Of a stretch of DNA of 64,000 nucleotides, positions 1-13,782 are shown one piece after another. The position numbers and the translations under genes are program-made. Every line of letters starts with the position of its first letter. Within the stretch, counting starts at the first letter, position 1. This DNA comes from Eledone cirrhosa (taxonomy: Eukaryota), in the NCBI GenBank assembly GCA_964016885.1, contig OZ024759.1:16058001-16122000 (forward strand), read 5' to 3'. The notes beneath the pieces were generated by a model. It was not told where the DNA came from and ran no database searches. It was given only the letters and a program-made list of their open reading frames with translations.

Positions 1-744
1 CCTTGAGGGATATCTCTATGCAATACAGGAACAAGAACTCCCTACCAAATATCTGCTGCACAAAACAGGAGGGCCAGCAGCTGACAATAAATGTAGGCTA
101 TGTAAAACAAAATCGAGGATGTAAGCCACATTGTTGCCAGCTGCGAAAGAATGTCATCTCGCTACTACCTCCCCATGAGACACAATGGGATAGCTAGAAC
201 CATCTGGAACGCACTTCGGAAAACAAAATTAACAACAAACGAGGAAGAATATATTGAGACAGATGGCACTAAGGAATACTGGTGGAACATGAAAATAAAA
301 ACTGCCACCAAATTAAAGCACAACCGCCCTGATATTGTTGTTTGGGACCACATATTGAAAACGTGTTCTGTTGTGGAGATCAGCTGCCCACTTGATGTAA
401 ACGTTGTCAGAAAAATACAGGAGAAGGAGGACATCTACGGACCATTGATGAGGAGTTTACAAATCCAGTATCCAAGATACACCTTTAGCTTCATACCCAT
501 CATTATTGGAGCTACGGGTTATATACCAACCCGCTTAGACCAAAGTATGACTGAACTTGGATTTGCGGACAAAAGGCGCAGCTCCCTAATTCATAGTCTA
601 CAAATGGCTGCGATAGCTGGCGCCTTCAAAATTTGCAAAACATTCTTGCGATTCAAGGGATGACAATTTATTTTCGTTTACAACCTTGCCACCAGGAAGG
701 TGGCCGGTCAAAAAAATATACTCGAAATTAAGAGAAAGAGATAA
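1..744 (+). mobile_element. 3' fragment of a Dong/R4-like non-LTR retrotransposon (zinc knuckle + restriction-like endonuclease), frameshifted
   Basis: DNKCRLC...(frameshift ~110)...EDVSHIVASC CCHC knuckle, then RHN, HNRPDIVVWD..VVEISCP, EKEDIY and IPIIIGATG RLE motifs; stop at 663; short 3' UTR ends in (CATA)n. Confidence 0.9.
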
Positions 745-808
745 CATACATACATACATACATACATACATACATACATACATACATACATACATACATA
801 CATACATA
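745..808. repeat. (CATA)16 microsatellite, tail/target of the Dong/R4-like element
   Basis: Direct reading. Confidence 0.95.
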
Positions 809-1425
809 ATATGAAAGAGTACTGGTGGAATGTTCTAGTAAAAAAAAATCAATAAAATGCAGGCATAACAGACCAGTTATAATGATATGGGACAGGGAAG
901 AGAAGGTATGCACAGTAGTGGAAGTTAGCTGTCCAGCAGATGCCAATATAATATCAAAGATAAGTGAAAAGGTGAATATCTATGCAGAACTAATGAGAAA
1001 TCTGCAGATACTCCACCCTGATTATACCTTCAGATTTATACCTGTGATTATTGGGGCACTGGGATATGTTAGTAACTGCCTCAATACAAATCTTGAGAAG
1101 CTGGGCTTCACAGGAACAGAAAGAACACTAGTTAGGAAATTACAAGTACAATCAATTAATGGAACAGTAAAAATATGTAAAACATTCCAAAAATTCTGAT
1201 CTAATAACTCCATGTACACATGTACACATATAACTCAAAATATACACCTCCACACATACAATAACATCCATACCTGCACACACATGCATACATGCAGACA
1301 TATCTACTTAGTTGATGTTGTTTAAATTCCAATAAGAGAGTCTTGTATCTATGTTAGAAACCGACTCTCTCTCTCTATTGGCAAAAATTTATGAAATTAT
1401 AAAACCAGAAGAACATACATACATA
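809..1425 (+). mobile_element. Second, divergent Dong/R4-like RLE 3' fragment
   Basis: EYWWN, frameshift in an A-run, RHNRPVIMIWD..VVEVSCP, EKVNIY, IPVIIGALG, KICKTF; stop at 1199; 3' UTR ends GAACATACATACATA. Confidence 0.88.
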
Positions 1426-1474
1426 AAATTACGAAAGATGTGTCCAATTATTTACATCCAGGTAGTCAGGTCAC

Positions 1475-1695
1475 CTGGATGAAGGTGACTATGTTGTAAG
1501 ACCTGAACCACTCAATGACTCCAGGATGCAACACTAATGAAATCGTCTCATAATTAGGCCACTTAGATAAAGGTGACTATGTTGTAAGACCTAAAACACA
1601 CAGAGACTCCAGAATGCAACACTAATGAAAGAGTCTCATAATTAGGCTACTGAGATGAAGGTGACTATGTTGTAAGACCTGAAACAGTCATGTAT
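1475..1695 (+). repeat. About 88-bp tandem repeat, about 2.5 copies
   Basis: GATRAAGGTGACTATGTTGTAAGACCT recurs at ~1479, 1566 and 1654. Confidence 0.85.
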
Positions 1696-1905
1696 GAAAA
1701 ACAATTCTGTTAGTAGTGACTCAACACTAGAGGCGATGATGGGTAAGTCTATTAACTCCAGAGAAAATGTGACACTATTCACAAAATATGAACTTTTGCT
1801 ATTTCCCCCACCACCACCACCAGTTGTCTAATTATCTTCTTTTCCAGAGGCACTTGTCATATATATCACCAGCTATCCAGCCATATATATATATATATAT
1901 ATATG

Positions 1906-2001
<96 letters not shown>

Positions 2002-2019
2002 CATACATACATATGTTTA

Positions 2020-2100
<81 letters not shown>

Positions 2101-2317
2101 TCCATCTATCTATGTATTTTCTATTTATCTAACTGTCCATCCATTTATCTATCTATAAACTTATCAAAATATCCAACTATCTCTATATTTAATCTACTTA
2201 AGTATTCAACTAACCATTTATCTAAGCAACTCTCTATCTATATATATATATATATCTTTATATGATTGTCTGTCTCTATATATCTAACTATCAATCTACC
2301 TATATTTATATATTTTC

Positions 2318-2389
<72 letters not shown>

Positions 2390-2390
2390 G

Positions 2391-2482
<92 letters not shown>

Positions 2483-2484
<2 letters not shown>

Positions 2485-3932
2485 TAAATCCACCAATTAA
2501 TGGTAGAGTCCAAGCCGTATGAAGAACTCAATGTAATCCGTATGTAGAAGATGTCGTGAAGAAAAGTTTAAAATACAAAATGTCAACGATATAATTCATT
2601 GGAAGCAGAGTCAGAATAATACAAATAGTGAAAACAATGAAATTAAACAAAATACGGTTAATTCATAGTAAAACTCATTATTTTACGATCGTTTCTGTGG
2701 GGTAGTTCTCCGTATGTTCATTCTATTAGTGATCTATGTAAAATATATTACAAATTATCAAAGTAAGAAAATATACATATGGCTTCCCTACCTGCCGTCT
2801 TCAGAAATAATGAGTTTTGTTTATTGAAGAATATAAAAACATGTATGAATAAGTAACCTTTTAAGAACAAGGTTGAGATTGACCAATAGTAAAAATAGGA
2901 AGGGGCAATATAGATCATTAAGCTGGTAGTAGTAGATGAATAAATTAGCAGTCAGGGGATGAGGTATCGAATGACCTTTAAGAAAAGAAAGTTGCGAAAG
3001 TAAAGGAATTTAGACAAATTGTATAGAAATTTCAGAAAAGTGTGGATGGTCAAGGAAGATTAAAATTGGAGGAAAAGGGGGGCAGATATTAGTGTGTTAT
3101 ATCCAGTAGAATAGTATAGAACAATCCTAAATATTTTATATTCCTTTGTTCAAGAGAAATAATTTGTTCTAAAAATAGAACAAGTAGAGGAATATAGATG
3201 GAACAAAAGAAAAGTAAAAACTAGATTAAAAAAATATATAGGTAAGAAAATAATGAAATTTGTGTAAGTATTGTATTGTAAGTTTTACCTGTAGGGGATT
3301 TTATTTTCGAATAAGAAATCTCATTAATAATCTGGTTTTCTTAACAGGTTTAAATGCATGTTTGTTAAAGTTTTGTTAGAGTGTTGAATATAATGTAATA
3401 TATAGTGCTCATTAATAGTTAATTATTTAAAATAGAGATAGGGATGAAATATAGGATTTGAATCTATGGATTAATTCTAATAGCAAAAAATATATATACA
3501 CACACACGTATATGTTTATATATATTTTTTTTTTCTTCTAACTTTAATTTTATACCTAATTGTGTATGGTTGACGATATATTTAATCGATTTCCACGTGC
3601 TATTGAAATAATGGGTAAATATTCTATGGCTGTTGAGCGTGAATAAATGGCTATCGTTTATTTATCTATTATTTCTTCACAGATGCCTTTTAATCTTATA
3701 GCCTGGTTTAATTGGTTTTTTGTGTGGTTGATTATGTTAATTGAGAGAGGAAATTGAGTATATATCTTATCAAATGATTCTAAGGACATAATTTATAGTA
3801 TATATATATATTTTCTTTTATATTGTTTTTCTTTATTTGTTTAGTTGTATTTATAATACTTGAATGTCTTTCTAATTCTATGGTTACATGCGATAATTAA
3901 TTCCTGTCTTTTATTTAATAGAGTGTCTTTCG
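2483..3932 (-). mobile_element. Penelope-like element: GIY-YIG domain C-terminus and probable 3' region
   Basis: Minus strand reads TLLNKRQELIIACNH, matching the PLE LLNKRxExxxxCxH tail; the AT-rich 3' region runs to a (TA)n tract; left boundary inferred. Confidence 0.6.
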
Positions 3933-3950
3933 ATTTACCAACCCTAAATT

Positions 3951-4375
3951 TACCAACCCTACCATAAACCATAAACCAAACCAAAACCATAAACCAAACC
4001 AAAACCATAAACCAAACCAAAACCATAAACCAAACCAAAACCATAAACCAAACCAAAACCTGCATTATATACACTCACAATCTAACCACCCTGGTTCCAA
4101 ACTAAAAAATTTAGTGTACAATATCTCATTCAGATTATCTAAATTATCACCTAATGAAGAAATATTCCATAAAAATGCACCTTATTATAATGAGGCTTTA
4201 GCTAAAAGTGGCTACAAGGATAAAATATTTTACATACCTAACACCATAAATACCTCAAACATACAACCAAACATAAACAACAAACACCAAAAGAAACACC
4301 TAAAATTTAATGCCAGCAATAAAGCACCGAAAAACCTAGATCCTACCATTACTCCTAGTACCTGCATTAATAAGA
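3951..4375 (+). mobile_element. Penelope-like RT thumb fragment, inverted relative to the neighbouring fragment
   Basis: YQPYHKPNQNLHYIHSQSNHP...NISFRLSKLSPNEEIFHKNAPYYNEALAKSGY, a typical PLE RT C-terminus. Confidence 0.85.
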
Positions 4376-4582
4376 ATATATTATATATTATTGGTCCGGC
4401 AAACCAAAGATGTGAATTCGTGTCCCATGTACGTCAATACTCATCCTTTTTCCATTCAGAGGGTTTTGTAAAATCCCAACTAACAGACTAATTCTATTTA
4501 GTCAAATACGGCGTAAGCACATGTTACTACCTAATTTTGAAATTCGCTAGCCGTTTCTAGACAAAGCTTGCTTTGTGACTCC

Positions 4583-4654
<72 letters not shown>

Positions 4655-4656
<2 letters not shown>

Positions 4657-4853
4657 CGAAGGAAATGTGGTAAGGAACCAGGTGGACCATAACGCACCAA
4701 AGTACTCAATACTTGAGGTAGTAGAGTGGGTAATAGGAACCAGTAAGACCCCGACAGCTGAGCTCAAGCCGTTTCGACGGCTAATTCTGGACAGTCCAGA
4801 ATTAGCCGTCGAAACGGCTTGAGCTCAGCCGTCGGGGTCTTACTTGTTCCTAT
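4655..4853. mobile_element. Fold-back element family A, copy 1 (unique ~78-bp segment + 60-bp-arm hairpin) in (TA)n
   Basis: Arms 4733-4792 and 4794-4853 are near-perfect reverse complements; homologues at 39056, 44406 and 55510, half copies at 26122 and 55111. Confidence 0.85.
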
Positions 4854-4943
4854 ATATATATATATATATATATAGGTAATAGAGGTGCAAATGAATTGCT
4901 AGCGGTATGCCAAGATGAGCACTCTATGCTCATGGGGAACAGA

Positions 4944-4994
<51 letters not shown>

Positions 4995-4996
<2 letters not shown>

Positions 4997-5157
4997 GTAT
5001 TTCCCGGCGTCTCCAATCTCCAAAATAAGTCTCAAAAATCTACCATGCGTCCTGGAGGCCGAATGTTGTTTATTATTTTTTTTTTTTTCTAATTTTGGGT
5101 TGTTAAAATTAGGGTGCATCCTCGAGGACGAAGCGTCTTCGGCGCCGGGAAATATGG
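4995..5157. mobile_element. MITE with CCGTATTTCCCGGCG termini (Tc1/mariner superfamily, Tc2-like ends), TA flanks
   Basis: TIR CCGTATTTCCCGGCG / CGCCGGGAAATATGG; second copy at 46017-46183, partial at ~16985-17060. Confidence 0.8.
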
Positions 5158-5331
5158 TATATACCTATCTATCTGATTATCTATCTAGCTATTTATCTAT
5201 CATTGACTGACTAATAGCCTCTATGTTAATTACCAGCACAGTTTCTCCCATTAATCGCTGTCATGTGTTCAGTGTATTATATAGCGTGTTAATAATTCAG
5301 GGTGGAAAAATGAAAGAATTAATCTACAAGA

Positions 5332-5401
<70 letters not shown>

Positions 5402-5501
5402 TCATCGTTTAACGTCTATTTTCCACGTTAGCATGGGTTATATATATATTTATATATATACATATTTGTGTGTCTATATATTTACCTATATATAAATATA
5501 C

Positions 5502-5581
<80 letters not shown>

Positions 5582-5653
5582 AAATACATATATATATATA
5601 TAATACATACATACATATAAATACATACATACATGCATATAAATACATACATC

Positions 5654-5729
<76 letters not shown>

Positions 5730-5792
5730 CATAAAAACATATATACATACATATACACACATATGCATGCTTACATACATACAAACATACGC

Positions 5793-5861
<69 letters not shown>

Positions 5862-6486
5862 TGTATATATATATATATATATATATAACTATAACGGTGT
5901 CAGACTGGCGGTCCTAATTTGTTATATACTAATTAGATGCCTAGGTTTAATCATGGCAGCCAATATCTCATAATTTCTCGGTATTTTTCCGTCACCTTCA
6001 GACATGGCTGTTGTATGGGAAAAGGTTGTATGGGAAATACTGTTGGCAGTCAATCTGATGATTTGATAAATGTTTATCGGTTTATACTTACACAGCTTAC
6101 ATATTTCTGTGTAGATGGCTTATATGTGTACTACATAGGATACATTTGTGATATTTGTAGCTGTAACTATTAAGGGCCTTGTTTCAAGGCGGGACCAGGT
6201 GACAAGTCCCCGACACTTTTTCAAACGTCTATATTTTATTTTTTGCTTATTTGATATAATAAATTCTTTTTAAGCTTATTTTTTTATATCTGAACTTCAT
6301 TTGAATATATAAAATTTTATTAGCGTAAAATGTTACTTTTGTGATAGGGTCTGAGAAAAGCACCATAAGCAATTTATGCTTCTTTAAGAATCAACAAATG
6401 TTGGTTTGTCCCCCTCATATTTTAAAGGCAAACGAGGCACCTCGTAACTATGTAACTATGTTTAGAATTTGTTTTAGTGAATATAT

Positions 6487-6591
<105 letters not shown>

Positions 6592-6800
6592 GGAAAAAAT
6601 GAAAAGAAATTTCATTTCTCACTCTTAGTACGGCTGTTACTTAAATATAAGTATGTATACGTACATATATATATATGTACATATATATATGTACATATAT
6701 ATATGTATATATATACATATATATACGTGCATATATATATATGTGTGCATGTATGTATATACATACTACTGTAAGTCTGTATACATATATGTATGTACGT

Positions 6801-6886
<86 letters not shown>

Positions 6887-6969
6887 TTATAGTAATAATA
6901 ATAAATGTGAAGAGGGCTCCATAAAGATAATATATATATATATCAAAATATATAAAACCATGGAGCAAA

Positions 6970-7112
6970 TATTTATTAAGATAACAGATTAAAGTTTAAG
7001 CAAAGAATCGGAGCTTTCACCCTTAACGGGATCTTCGAAACTCAGAAGATCATGTTAAGGGTGAAAGCAGCGATTCTTTGCTTTAAACTTTAATCTGTTA
7101 TCTTAATAAATA
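6970..7112. repeat. Fold-back hairpin with ~68-bp arms between TA-rich tracts
   Basis: TATTTATTAAGATAACAGATTAAAGTTT ... AAACTTTAATCTGTTATCTTAATAAATA. Confidence 0.9.
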
Positions 7113-7119
7113 TATATAT

Positions 7120-7186
<67 letters not shown>

Positions 7187-7300
7187 GAAAGTAAAACAAT
7201 AATTCTTCGGCTCTGTTTAATTACATTGAGCTATACCTTTTACTGTCATTTCTATAATACGAAGAGGGTGTTTAACTCCAACACGCTCCAGTATTTTAAT

Positions 7301-7341
<41 letters not shown>

Positions 7342-7527
7342 TATTGGTGCTCTGAAATAGCGATGTGTACTTTAAAATTCATAGACGGATATGTGGCCAC
7401 TTTTCCATCTGTAGGGGTATTTTACCCGATGTTGTCAGCTATTGTTTATAGCAATATAAACGGTTGTTACACCTTTGAGACTCTCACACTTTCAAATTTC
7501 AAAACTTCAAGCTCTTCGATAATCCAT

Positions 7528-7614
<87 letters not shown>

Positions 7615-7648
7615 GGGTGTGTGTGTGTGTGTGTGTGTGTGTTATTGG

Positions 7649-7762
<114 letters not shown>

Positions 7763-7850
7763 CAAAAATCGTATATGCCTTAAAAGTACGTAAGCAATTC
7801 TAAACCAAAATCAAGACAATGCTCCACCATTTACACTATATTATGTAGCT

Positions 7851-8100
7851 TTGCCTTTCATCCTTACGGGGTCGATAAACTAAAGTACCAGTCACGCACT
7901 GGGATCGATTTAATCCACTTTCCCCTCCCCAAAATTGCTGGCCTTGTGGCTATAGTAGAAACCATTTTGTACTATGAATGTATTTCAAAAATCCACCCTT
8001 GTCACACACCGTGTCATGGTGAATCCCGTCGAGGTCAACTTTGCCTTTCATCCATTCAAGGTCGGTAAAATATAAGTACCAGTGTTGTACTGGGGTAGAT
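7851..8100 (+). mobile_element. Two 5'-truncated Meta-domain-type SINE copies
   Basis: TTGCCTTTCATCCTTACGGGGTCGATAAA-type core seen twice (second copy diverged). Confidence 0.75.
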
Positions 8101-8150
8101 TCTTCCTCTATATCTCTTTCTCACTTCCATTCGCTCATTATCTCAATCCA

Positions 8151-8340
8151 AGGGCGGTGGATTGGCAGTATCGGTAGAGGGTCGGACGCCATGCTTTCCA
8201 GCATAGTTACGTCCCTTTACGATCTGAGTTCAAATCCCGCCGAGGTTGACTTTGCCTTTCATCCTTACGGGGTCGATAAAATAAAGTACCAGTAATGCAC
8301 TGGGTAATTGCTGGCCTTGTGCCTAAAGTAGAAACAATTA
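8151..8340 (+). mobile_element. Full-length tRNA-derived SINE (Meta-domain type) with 14-bp TSD
   Basis: A-box-like TGGCAGTATCGG, B-box GAGTTCAAATCCC, core GCCTTTCATCCTTACGGGGTCGATAAA..AAGTACCAG; TSD ATTATCTCAATCCA on both sides. Confidence 0.92.
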
Positions 8341-8847
8341 TCTCAATCCATTTTCTTTCTCACCTCCTTTCATCCACTCTCTCCATCCACCTCTGGAAGA
8401 AATCTGCTGTATTTATTCAGACATGGAGAAGAGAGATGGGCTCCATCATGCTTTAAAAAATGCCTTAGAAGCACCGTATATCAATACAACAACCCTTACA
8501 ACCCGCTCAAGAGTTAGCGGACCATGCATTCAAATCCAGTGAGCCGTGATCGGCGACACGGTTTCAAATGCAACTACCGGTAACAGGTATAAAACAATCT
8601 CCATTTCAGTCACTAATGTCACCTATGGAAATATCATTAACGTCATCGAAAGTTTTTATTTTCCGTTGCCGATAAATCTGAAACGTTGTATTTATATAAG
8701 AAATCAATACTGTTGATGATGACACGGCTTGTATCGATCAGGCTGCTAACTACCTGTTGCATAGGAGTAGCGAGAAGATTGTTCTATTTAATGATACGTC
8801 AGGCATTTCTCGATTATCACCTCTGAATTAATTATAAAATCCTGATG

Positions 8848-8971
<124 letters not shown>

Positions 8972-9004
8972 ATATATATTATATATATATATATATTATA
9001 TATA

Positions 9005-9053
<49 letters not shown>

Positions 9054-9065
9054 ATATTATATATA

Positions 9066-9107
<42 letters not shown>

Positions 9108-9222
9108 GTCTGTCTGTGCATATATATATATATTCAAGTCTGTCTGTGAATATATATATATATATATATACGAGTCTGTGCGTATATGTGTATACATGTA
9201 TATTCGAGTCTATGCGTATATG

Positions 9223-9300
<78 letters not shown>

Positions 9301-9586
9301 TATATAAATATATATATATATATATATATACCTTCGAAAGCTGTTCATTTTGTGATTGACCTACGCTATTTTCTAACGAACGTTGACATATACAGACATT
9401 CAAGCATACACTCATACACAAAAATATACACACTAATATATATATGCAGAAGCACACACATTCAGAGGTACACACACACACTCACACACACACATATATA
9501 TATATATATTGAGAGAGAGAGACTTATATATACATGTATAAATATATATGTATCTATATATATATACATATATACACACAGACACT

Positions 9587-9644
<58 letters not shown>

Positions 9645-9924
9645 GATATTTATGAACGTCTGTCACTATAGATATAATGTTTGTATATTTGGTTGTTAGA
9701 ATGAACTATGTATTATGTATGTGTGTGCGCGTGTGTATATATATATATGTGTGTGTGAGAGAGAGAGGGGGTACGTGTAAATGTGTGTACGTATGTATAT
9801 TTGTGTGTGGGTACATATATAAACCAAATCAAATCCTACTGCACAAAAAAAATGTGTTAAACTTTCAACATTCAGTAATGATTTCACAGAAGATATCGGA
9901 AAACAGCATTAATTTAAATGTTGA

Positions 9925-11890
9925 TAGTATCTTTACTAGTAGACAGATTGTCCAAATTTAATGTGATGCAGTCATATTGCCGTTTCGTCCTTTTCAAGAA
10001 TACCTTTCTATTGTGGATTCATGTGATTTGTTAAGTAAAATGTTTATAGTATCTTTACGAGTAGACAGATTGTCCAAATTTAATGTGATGCAGTCATATT
10101 GCCGTTTCGTCCTTTTCAAGAATACCTTTCTATTGTGGATTCATGTGATTTGTTAAGTAAAATGTTTATAGTATCTTTACTAGTAGACAGATTGTCCAAA
10201 TTTAATATGATGCAGTCATATTGCCGTTTCGTCCTTTTCAAGAATACCTTTCTATTGTGGATTCATGTGATTTGTTAAGTAAAATGTTTATAGTATCTTT
10301 ACTAGTGGACAGATTGTCCAAATTTAATATGATGCAGTCATATTGCCGTTTCGTCCTTTTCAAGAATACCTTTCTATTGTGGATTCATGTGATTTGTTAA
10401 GTAAAATGTTTATAGTATCTTTACTAGTAGACAGATTGTCCAAATTTATTGTGATGCAGTCATATTGCCGTTTCGTCCTTTTCAAGAATACCTTTCTATT
10501 GTGGATTCATGTGATTTGTTAAGTAAAATGTTTATAGTATCTTTACTAGTAGACAGATTGTCCAAATTTAATATGATGCAGTCATATTGCCGTTTCGTCC
10601 TTTTCAAGAATACCTTTCTATTGTGGATTCATGTGATTTGTTAAGTAAAATGTTTATAGTATCTTTACTAGTGGACAGATTGTCCAAATTTAATGTGATG
10701 CAGTCATATTGCCGTTTCGTCCTTTTCAAGAATACCTTTCTATTGTGGATTCATGTGATTTGTTAATTAAAATGTTTATAGTATCTTTACTAGTGGACAG
10801 ATTGTCCAAATTTAATGTGATGCAGTCATATTGCCGTTTCGTACTTTTCAAGAATACCTTTCTATTGTGGATTCATGTGATTTGTTAAGTAAAATGTTTA
10901 TAGTATCTTTACTAGTGGACAGATTGTCCAAATTTAATATGATGCAGTCATATTGCCGTTTCGTCCTTTTCAAGAATACCTTCCTATTGTGGATTCATGT
11001 GATTTGTTAAGTAATATGTTTATAGTATCTTTACTAGTAGACAGATTGTCCAAATTTATTGTGATGCAGTCATATTGCCGTTTCCTCCTTTTCAAGAATA
11101 CCTTTCTATTGTGGATTCATGTGATTTGTTAATTAAAATGTTTATAGTATCTTTACTAGTGGACAGATTGTCCAAATTTAATGTGATGCAGTCATATTGC
11201 CGTTTCGTCCTTTTCAAGAATACCTTTCTATTGTGGATTCATGTGATTTGTTAATTAAAATGTTTATAGTATCTTTACTAGTAGACAGATTGTTCAAATT
11301 TAATGTGGTGCACTCATATTGCCGTTTCGTCCTTTTCAAGAATACCTTTCTATTGTGGATTCATGTGATTTGTTAAGTAAAATGTTTATAGTATCTTTAC
11401 TAGTAGACAGATTGTTCAAATTTAATGTGGTGCACTCATATTGCCGTTTCGTCCTTTTCAAGAATACCTTTCTATTGTGGATTCATGTGATTTGTTAATT
11501 AAAATGTTTATAGTATCTTTACTAGTAGACAGATTGTTCAAATTTAATGTGGTGCACTCATATTGCCGTTTCGTCCTTTTCAAGAATACCTTTCTATTGT
11601 GGATTCATGTGATTTGTTAAGTAAAATGTTTATAGTATCTTTACTAGTAGACAGATTGTCCAAATTTAATATGATGCAGTCATATTGCCGTTTCGTCCTT
11701 TTCAAGAATACCTTTCTATTGTGGATTCATGTGATTTGTTAAGTAAAATGTTTATAGTATCTTTCCTAATAGACAGATTGTCCAAATTTAATGTGATGCA
11801 CTCATATTGCCGTTTCGTCCTTTTCAAGAATGCCTTTCTAATATGGCTTCATGTGATTTGTTTTAATTGTAATATTTATAGAATCTTTAC
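9925..11890. repeat. 122-bp satellite array, 16 near-identical units
   Basis: CGTTTC anchor at 9981, 10103, 10225 ... 11811 (exact 122-bp period). Confidence 0.97.
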
Positions 11891-11969
11891 TGGTGGATAT
11901 ACTGTGAAAAGTTGCTGCATTTCAATTAAAAAAACTTTAATTTAATGTGATGTAATCATAGTTCTGTGA

Positions 11970-12215
11970 CGGCGCATGACTTAGTGGTTAGAGCATTGGG
12001 CTTGCAATCGAAAGGTTGTGAGTTCAATTCTCGGACCGGGTGATGCGTTGTTTCCTTGAGCAAGACACTTTCTTTCACGTTGCTCCAGTTTACTCAGCTG
12101 TAGAAATGAGATGATAGGATTGAGGTCCCTATCATTAAATTACCCAAGACACCTCCAACGAGATATACCTTGGAGGAGGCCAGCTAAACCTGCATAGGTG
12201 TGAGCTGTCACACAC
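11970..12215 (+). mobile_element. tRNA-derived CORE-like SINE (family 2) inserted in the degenerate satellite edge
   Basis: tRNA-like head TGACTTAGTGG..GAGTTCAATTC, then TCCTTGAGCAAGACACTTT core. Confidence 0.75.
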
Positions 12216-12229
12216 ACAATCATTGTTGT

Positions 12230-12620
12230 GCTTCATACTTTTCAAGAATGAGTTCTTAATGTGGTTTCATGTGGTTTGTTAATTCAAATATTTATAGTAT
12301 CTTTACTAGTGATCATATTGTTACGAAGATCTGTTGTATTAGATTAAGTCTTTAAAATTTGATGTGATGCAATCATAGAGCAATGTCATTCTTTTCAAGA
12401 ATTCCTCCCTAATGTGGTTTCATGTGGTTTGTTTTAACTAAAATATTTATAGAATATTGACTAGGGGACATTTTGTTAAAATCTACTATATAGTATTGAA
12501 GTGAAAACTTTAATATTTAATGTGATTGAATCATATTGCCTCTTCGTCCTTTTCAAGAATGCCTTCCTAATATGGTTTCTTGTGATTCGTTAATTCAAAT
12601 ATTTATAGAATTTTTCTGAA
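12230..12620. repeat. Diverged, longer units of the 122-bp satellite
   Basis: TTTTCAAGAAT, CATGTGGTTTGTT and TTTAATGTGAT motifs recur at ~155-bp spacing. Confidence 0.8.
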
Positions 12621-12650
12621 AATTATTGGAGTAAAGTCTTTAAAATTTAA

Positions 12651-12838
12651 TTGTTTCTACTATTGACACAAGGCCAGCAATTACCCAGTACATTACTGGT
12701 ACTTTATTTTATCGACCCCGTAAGGATGAAAGGCAAAGTTAACCTCGGCGGGATTTGAACTCAGAATGGCAAGGGCCGTAACTCTATGCGTCAAAGCAAG
12801 GCGTCCGACCCTCTACCGATACTGCCAATTCACCACCC
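12651..12838 (-). mobile_element. Meta-type SINE with TSD TCTTTAAAATTTAA
   Basis: Reverse complement of the 8151 family; flanking direct repeat. Confidence 0.9.
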
Positions 12839-13122
12839 TTCTTTAAAATTTAAAATTTAATGTGACGCAGATTTAGTTCTATTTTATATTTTTCGAGAAC
12901 GTCTTTAAAATGCGACTTCATGCTGTAAAGGGCGGCGTTGAGAGCTAAACTTCACCCAATGGTAACTACAAATCAGAAGCAAATATATAAACAATTCTGC
13001 CCACACAAACAACCACAGCCTGGTGGAGCCGACCACAGACGAAACTTTCACGTTACTTAGAATCTTTATTTGTAAAATAACATTAATTAGCTGACCCCGT
13101 GGGAATTTCGTGAATTAATTAG

Positions 13123-13339
13123 CCCTTTACCATTTACATTTCTCTATATTCACTATTATATTTTCACAATAAACGCTTTATCCTACATAATTATCACACA
13201 TAATATCGAATCTACGAGACTGATGTGATTTATTTTGAGAGCAATACCTTAGTGTAGATATGAGCGGCTAGTTACAGCCAGATGAACAGAAAGTGGTGAG
13301 GAGTTCTAGCCGGATACGGCCGGTTTGAATGCTAAAGGG
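13123..13339. mobile_element. Degenerate piggyBac-like MITE
   Basis: Ends CCCTTTACCATT / AATGCTAAAGGG, both flanked by TTAG (TTAA-like). Confidence 0.55.
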
Positions 13340-13509
13340 TTAGAAACAACAACCATCAAGTATTTAAATGTTTTGTGTCCACACAAATGATATATAGAGT
13401 TTTTTTTTTTTTAATTGCGCAACAAAATAAATCGAATAAATATAACAAATGACCCAAACTATTAAACTGTTATATTTTACTCACCTATAATAATTTTTGT
13501 ACAGCATTG

Positions 13510-13585
<76 letters not shown>

Positions 13586-13643
13586 CATCTCATTCCATCT
13601 ATATATATATATATACATATGTATGTAAGTGTTCAAAATAATA

Positions 13644-13782
<139 letters not shown>

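Noticed and set aside
3933-3960. CCCTAA telomere-like motif
   Set aside because: Single occurrence that derives from PLE RT codons
8151-8340. tRNA genes
   Set aside because: A/B boxes belong to SINE heads with core, tail and TSD; no full cloverleaf
9925-11890. CRISPR-like regular array
   Set aside because: Units repeat in full with no unique spacers; eukaryotic context and no cas genes
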